This document shows positions 59,308 through 64,000 of a stretch of 64,000 bases of DNA, piece after piece. The DNA lies in the IMG/VR virus record IMGVR_UViG_3300008954_000036. One strand, written 5' to 3'. The notes below the pieces were generated by a model. The model was given only the letters and a program-made list of their open reading frames with translations. It was not told where the DNA came from and did no database searches. This DNA is from an uncultured virus (IMG/VR IMGVR_UViG_3300008954_000036) (taxonomy: Duplodnaviria; Heunggongvirae; Uroviricota; Caudoviricetes). Numbering within the stretch: position 1 is the first letter of the stretch; each line of letters begins with the position of its first letter. Made by a program: the position numbers and the translations under genes.

Positions 59308-59766
59308 ATGGGAAATATTACTTTTAAAGTAAAAAAGATGGATCAGCTTGAAATTTGTATTGAAGGTGTTGATACAAACTCTTTAGCTCAGGCACTTGCA
59401 TATGCGGGTATTCTTAATACAGAAAGTAAAGTGCAAGTTCCGGGCCATGTAAGGGCCTTAGGTAAGGTCGAAGACTCCGAGGACTTTCTGTCTGAAACAG
59501 AAGAAATTGTTAAAGATACGAAAAGCTCTAAAAAAGAGGCAAGTAAAGGTAAGGCAAAGGAAGATCCTAAAAAGGAGCCTGAGCCTAAGGAAACAAAAGT
59601 TGAAGAACCTGAGGAAAGCTTTAAAGATTCTGTTTCATCGGATGATGATTTTGATGATGAGCCTTTTAAAGATGATGAATCTTTGGGGGATGATTTTGAG
59701 AACGATTCAAAGGAGGCTACTGATACGGACGATTTTGAATTTTCAGACGACGATTTCAAGGACTAA
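59308..59766 (+). CDS. Hypothetical protein with an acidic tail
   Basis: AAGGAG RBS; Asp/Glu-rich C-terminus. Confidence 0.65.
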   Translation: MGNITFKVKKMDQLEICIEGVDTNSLAQALAYAGILNTESKVQVPGHVRALGKVEDSEDFLSETEEIVKDTKSSKKEASKGKAKEDPKKEPEPKETKVEEPEESFKDSVSSDDDFDDEPFKDDESLGDDFENDSKEATDTDDFEFSDDDFKD

Positions 59767-59891
59767 AGACCCCATGCTTTAGTTTTTGAAAGGCGGGTAG
59801 TGAGGCCTTGTTTTCACGTTCTCTAGTGAAACCCTACTTTCACGCTCTCACGGTTTACACTACCCGCCACTAACTTTTATGGAGGAAGATA

Positions 59892-62102
59892 ATGAGTAAA
59901 GAATGTACGAAATGCGAATTACATAGGTATGTAAGTGACGAATATCTGGAACAGTACCATAGGACTATTCAGAAAATTAATCATGTAGAAGGGGAAGCTC
60001 CTGCTTTGCTGGTAATTATGCCTGCTCCTGATTTTGAACAAGATAGAAGAGTAAAGCAGTTTAGAAATCTTATGGACAAACATTATAGGCACTATGATGA
60101 TACTCAGATTTATTTATTTCACGCTGTTAGCTGTAACTACCCGAAGGGGAAAACTCTAAGTAAAAAGTGGATCGGTTTGTGTTCAGATAATCTAAAATTC
60201 GCAATAGAGGCCATAAAGAAAAAGCATAATGTTCTATCGGCCCTAGCTTGCGGGGTTGACTCTATTGTAGCGCTTAAGAAACTAGGGTTTGAGTTCTCAG
60301 ATAAGCATAAGTCTTCAATCATGTATAACCGTAGGGTTAGGCATACTATAAATCCTTATGGTATTCCTACTTTTTGCGCTAGGACGTTCGATAAGCAGAC
60401 TGTGGGTTCTTATAACGAAATGGTATGGGCTAGTGATCTAAAGTTTATGTGTGATTCCTTGGAAGGAAAGGTAAAGAAGCTTTCATATAAGCACCAATTA
60501 GTTTTAGGATCAGATCAAATAAAGAAGTTACATAGAGTAATTGAGAGAAAAATAAAGGAAAATGGAGAAATATGTGTATCAATAGATACAGAAACTAATA
60601 AGCTATCTATATACGGCAGAGAGTTAAGATTAAAGCTTCTAACAGTTCAGCTATCCTTCGAGTCCGGCAGAGCGTTTGTAATTCCTATTCAACATAAAGA
60701 GACTCCTAAGTTTGAGGATGATTTGAATATTAAATTCCTGCGCTGGTTTCTAAAGAATCCTAAAATCAAAAAAATTGCTCATAACGGTATGTACGATTGG
60801 AGAGTTTTTAGAAAGTTAGGGTTTCAAATTAATGGGTGGGATTGGGATACCATTCTATTACATCATCTAGCTTATGCTACTGAACCTCATGCGTTATCAT
60901 ATATAACTAAAGTTTTCACAGACTATGGGGATTACGACTCCGAGCTAGAGCATTATAAGTCAGATAATCCAGAGGCAGACCCTGGAAAAGGGGGAACTTA
61001 CGCTAATGTACCTCTTAAAATACTGGCTAAGTATGGGGCCGGGGATGCGGTAGTTACATACGATTTACTGGCTATTTTATTGGATGCTGTGGATGAGCTG
61101 GGGTTAAAGGAGTTTTATTTTAATCATGTGCGACGAGCGCAATTAGCTTTTCTGAATATGTCACATACGGGGATGAATTTAGATGAGGATAAATTGCGCT
61201 CGTATTTTAAGGAATACCAAGAGGAGCTGGATAGGTATTACAGGGAAGAAATATCACAACTACCCACAGTAATAGAGTTTGAAAAGAATAATGAAAAGAA
61301 TAAGGAATACTGGGAGTTTATTAAAGATAGAGACGCATGGTGGAAAGCTAATCCTAGAAAGAAGAAGCCGCCACAAAAAAAGGAGTTTAACCCTAAAAGT
61401 TCGGATCAGTTAGGGGTATTTTTATCAGAGTTTTGTGATTTGCCTGTATTACTTAGGAGTAAAGGAAAGCAGTTACCTTCCTATAGTAAAGAAGTAAGGG
61501 AGCATTTAATGTCCCTGCCTGAGGAGAAAAACGAGTATGGGGTAAGCTTTAGAATAGTCCATATTTTACATGACCATCTTCTACAACGTCATGAGTTTAA
61601 TACCTATATAAAAGGGATGTTAAATTCGGATATTATAGGATTAGATGGACGAATTCACGGTAATTTCAAGCTATTTGGTGCTGTTACTGGTAGAACTAGC
61701 TCTAGTGATCCCAATATGCAGAATATCCCAAGAAAGCCGCTGGTTGAGAAGTTTAATATTAAAGGACTGTTCACCGCGCCTAAAGGTAAAAAAATAATAC
61801 AAGCCGACTACGGGCAAATGGAGCTTAGAGTAGCGGCCTCGGTATCCCAGGATGAGGGTATGCTTAAAGCTTTTAATGACGGGGTGGATATTCATACTCT
61901 TACGGCGGCTAGGTTATATGGAATATCTACAGAAGAAGTGACAGATTTACAAAGGTTTTCAGCCAAGGCTATTAACTTTGGGCTTATTTACGGCAAGGGG
62001 GAGGCTGCCTTAGCAGCCGACTACTACAAAGCGCTAGACGGGGATAAGGAAAAAGCTAAGGAAATGTATAGGAAGCTAGAACTGGAGGGCTACGGTGTAT
62101 AG
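59892..62102 (+). CDS. polA: Family A DNA polymerase, N-terminal part (UDG-like domain, 3'-5' exonuclease, motifs A and B)
   Basis: IDTET, HNGMYD, YGAGDA, TGRTSSSDPNMQNIP, ADYGQMELR and RFSAKAINFGLIYG; stops before motif C. Confidence 0.9.
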   Translation: MSKECTKCELHRYVSDEYLEQYHRTIQKINHVEGEAPALLVIMPAPDFEQDRRVKQFRNLMDKHYRHYDDTQIYLFHAVSCNYPKGKTLSKKWIGLCSDNLKFAIEAIKKKHNVLSALACGVDSIVALKKLGFEFSDKHKSSIMYNRRVRHTINPYGIPTFCARTFDKQTVGSYNEMVWASDLKFMCDSLEGKVKKLSYKHQLVLGSDQIKKLHRVIERKIKENGEICVSIDTETNKLSIYGRELRLKLLTVQLSFESGRAFVIPIQHKETPKFEDDLNIKFLRWFLKNPKIKKIAHNGMYDWRVFRKLGFQINGWDWDTILLHHLAYATEPHALSYITKVFTDYGDYDSELEHYKSDNPEADPGKGGTYANVPLKILAKYGAGDAVVTYDLLAILLDAVDELGLKEFYFNHVRRAQLAFLNMSHTGMNLDEDKLRSYFKEYQEELDRYYREEISQLPTVIEFEKNNEKNKEYWEFIKDRDAWWKANPRKKKPPQKKEFNPKSSDQLGVFLSEFCDLPVLLRSKGKQLPSYSKEVREHLMSLPEEKNEYGVSFRIVHILHDHLLQRHEFNTYIKGMLNSDIIGLDGRIHGNFKLFGAVTGRTSSSDPNMQNIPRKPLVEKFNIKGLFTAPKGKKIIQADYGQMELRVAASVSQDEGMLKAFNDGVDIHTLTAARLYGISTEEVTDLQRFSAKAINFGLIYGKGEAALAADYYKALDGDKEKAKEMYRKLELEGYGV

Positions 62103-62511
62103 GGGCATTATAGATTATAGGAATGCAGAGCTGGAAGATCATTGTTTATGTAATGACCTAAACACAAGGCGGAAGTTTAAGGCTACCCATGAAAGTACGC
62201 CATCCGAGATAGTGTGCATTAGGTGTTTTAAAAAGTATTGGTATGTGTATTCTGATTATTTTACAGATAAGAAATTCTTGTTCCCTATAAGAGCTTATAC
62301 AGAACTGGAAAAGGCTATAAGCATTTTAGGGCTGCCCGAATTAGGCGCACCTAGTTCATGGACTGAGCGCAGGTATAACGAAATTTGTGAGCTTGTTTGT
62401 ATTGACGAAGGGCATAGATCGGAGTTCTTTAATTTTTTTGATGCTTTTAGGTACGGTGTGCTTGAGCATAAGGCAGATTTGGGGGTTATGAATGGCTCGT
62501 TTAGACATTGA
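62095..62511 (+). CDS. Inserted gene: Cys-rich N-terminus plus degenerate J-domain-like C-terminus
   Basis: GGAGG at 62084 and GTG start; CxC...CxxC; AISILGLP...RRYNEICELVCIDEG. Confidence 0.55.
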   Translation: MYRGIIDYRNAELEDHCLCNDLNTRRKFKATHESTPSEIVCIRCFKKYWYVYSDYFTDKKFLFPIRAYTELEKAISILGLPELGAPSSWTERRYNEICELVCIDEGHRSEFFNFFDAFRYGVLEHKADLGVMNGSFRH

Positions 62512-63007
62512 AAGACCTGAGATTTTTGATAAATTAGCAGGCGCTATGATGAAGAAGTATTTTGCGGAATTTCCAGGGATTGCGGATTGGATTAAGCATA
62601 CGCAAAGACAGGCTACCCAGGATCAAGTAACGGTTTCTATTTGGGGTAGGCGGGAAGATTTACCAGATATAACTTCTAAACATAGGATGAAGAAAGAGGA
62701 GGCCCTTAGGCAGGCTATTAATATGCCTATTCAGTCTGCTGCTAGTGATATCACTTTAGCAGCAGTATTTAAGGTGCATGAGTGGATTAATACTGACCCG
62801 AAATGTGAAGAAGCGGGATTGGTGATGGTGAATTCGGTTCATGATTCTATCGTATTTGAGTGTAAGGAGAACTATGTAGAATGGGCATGTAAGAAAATTA
62901 AGTTAATCATGGAGGACAAGACAGGATTAGATTGGTTACTGTGTGTTCCTTCTGTAGATTTTGAAGTTGGAGATAATTACGGGGAGCTGGAAGCTCTCGA
63001 TATTTAA
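62492..63007 (+). CDS. polA: Family A DNA polymerase, C-terminal part (motif C)
   Basis: YFAEFPGI...WGRR...RQAINMPIQSAASD...VHDSIVFE...GDNYG. Confidence 0.9.
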   Translation: MARLDIERPEIFDKLAGAMMKKYFAEFPGIADWIKHTQRQATQDQVTVSIWGRREDLPDITSKHRMKKEEALRQAINMPIQSAASDITLAAVFKVHEWINTDPKCEEAGLVMVNSVHDSIVFECKENYVEWACKKIKLIMEDKTGLDWLLCVPSVDFEVGDNYGELEALDI

Positions 63008-63018
63008 GGAGAAATATT

Positions 63019-63828
63019 ATGGCTTTAAATAGAGCTAATTTTAAGGGTAGAAAAAAGCTGAGCGATAAGTACCAAAAGAGTAAAGGGTATGGCCTGGAGT
63101 TTAGACCAGAAAAGGACGTTGAATATCAGATAGCTATTATTCCTTTGATGGATATGGAAGGTAATACTTTCCCTAATCCAGATGCCGATTTGGTGGATAC
63201 TGTTAGAGTTCATCAACAAGTAGGAAAAGATAAAAAGCAATCTGTTCTATGTGCTTCTTCTTTTGGCGCTAGGTGTCAGGTTTGTGAAATTGCTAAAGGG
63301 AGGATAACTACCAGGGCTGTTCATACAGTAGTTCTGCTTAAGGAGAGGAAAACTGAGGCAGGTAGTAAGTTTATTCCAGTTAGTTTACCTATGTCTTTTA
63401 ATTGCCCTCTTCAAGAACTTGGGGATGGTTACATTGACTGTATTATGAATGAGGATTTTCCTGCTAATGATGATATCCGTAAACTTGCGATATTTAAGTA
63501 TTTTGTGACCGGGGAAAAGATTGATACAGAACATAAACTTACAATCCGCCCCTCCGGTTTTATTTTTGATGTTGCTACTCTTAGGCGGATAAGGAAGGAT
63601 GATAATGGGAAAGTAGTCTATGATCCACAAGCCGATAAGGATGAGCTAGTTTTTAAAACTAAGACCGAGCTAATGACTGAGCTTTCGTTGCCAGCAGTAG
63701 AGAGATTAAGTTGTCCGTATGAAAATCAGCAACTCGCAGCCGCTCGCGGGTTTGATGCTTATGAGAAGAAAGACAAGCTAGAAAGAATTCTTAGGAAGAA
63801 TGAAATTATAGGAGGAGAAAATGAGTAA
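63019..63828 (+). CDS. Putative single-stranded DNA-binding protein (gp32-like)
   Basis: Follows the polymerase; H...C...CxxC zinc pattern; TGEKIDTEH resembles GxGxDTxY. Confidence 0.5.
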   Translation: MALNRANFKGRKKLSDKYQKSKGYGLEFRPEKDVEYQIAIIPLMDMEGNTFPNPDADLVDTVRVHQQVGKDKKQSVLCASSFGARCQVCEIAKGRITTRAVHTVVLLKERKTEAGSKFIPVSLPMSFNCPLQELGDGYIDCIMNEDFPANDDIRKLAIFKYFVTGEKIDTEHKLTIRPSGFIFDVATLRRIRKDDNGKVVYDPQADKDELVFKTKTELMTELSLPAVERLSCPYENQQLAAARGFDAYEKKDKLERILRKNEIIGGENE

Positions 63829-64000
63829 AGTAAAAAGTTTAAGTTTTGCGCTAGGTATGACTATAGCATTGCCTAACTATGAGAATATCAAATTGGATGT
63901 TAGCGTGGATATTGATACAGACGTAACAAGCAAGGAAGATATTACAAAAGCATGTAACAAAGCTAAGAAGATTTTGTTCGCTCAGTTAGAAGAATGCTCA
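63821..64000 (+). CDS. Partial hypothetical phage protein (runs off the window)
   Basis: AGGAGG RBS; MSKVKSLSFALGMTIALPNYENIKLDV... Confidence 0.55.
   Translation, partial: MSKVKSLSFALGMTIALPNYENIKLDVSVDIDTDVTSKEDITKACNKAKKILFAQLEECS

Noticed and set aside
62103..62491. Group I intron, intein or ribosomal bypass in polA
   Set aside because: No recognisable P7/core sequences, no intein terminal residues, the gap is fully occupied by an ORF, and an in-frame TGA directly precedes the second half. Not formally excluded without RT-PCR.
2817..64000. Stop-codon reassignment
   Set aside because: Genes are intact in the standard code, and TAG, TGA and TAA all end genes at sensible boundaries.
1..64000. 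tRNA, rRNA, integrase or transposase genes
   Set aside because: None recognised by eye; a tRNA scan was not run.

Overview
Almost all of this window (about 2.8-64 kb) is part of a large tailed dsDNA phage genome with siphovirus-like morphogenesis genes. From left to right it carries: an SF2 helicase; a dense early/accessory cluster (beta-clamp-like, ArdA-like, DUF3560- and DUF3846-like genes); a repeat- and hairpin-rich noncoding zone (14.5-17.3 kb); terminase, portal, protease, capsid and tail genes (including a -1 frameshifted tail chaperone, a 2140-aa tape measure and a lambda-like tail tip); a lysis cassette; a second structural module; and a replication module (DnaB-like helicase, primase, family A polymerase, SSB). 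The first 2.8 kb is a double-domain DNA methyltransferase preceded by two LexA-type SOS boxes, and may be a moron or flanking host DNA. Main highlights: (1) two co-varying type II hammerhead ribozymes that bracket a 2359-nt block of early genes and could release, and possibly circularise, that mRNA; (2) a family A polymerase split in its fingers domain around an inserted Cys-rich, J-domain-like gene; (3) a receiver-domain membrane protein next to the lysis genes; (4) an unassigned pseudoknotted RNA candidate. All protein calls come from motifs recognised by eye; no database searches were run.
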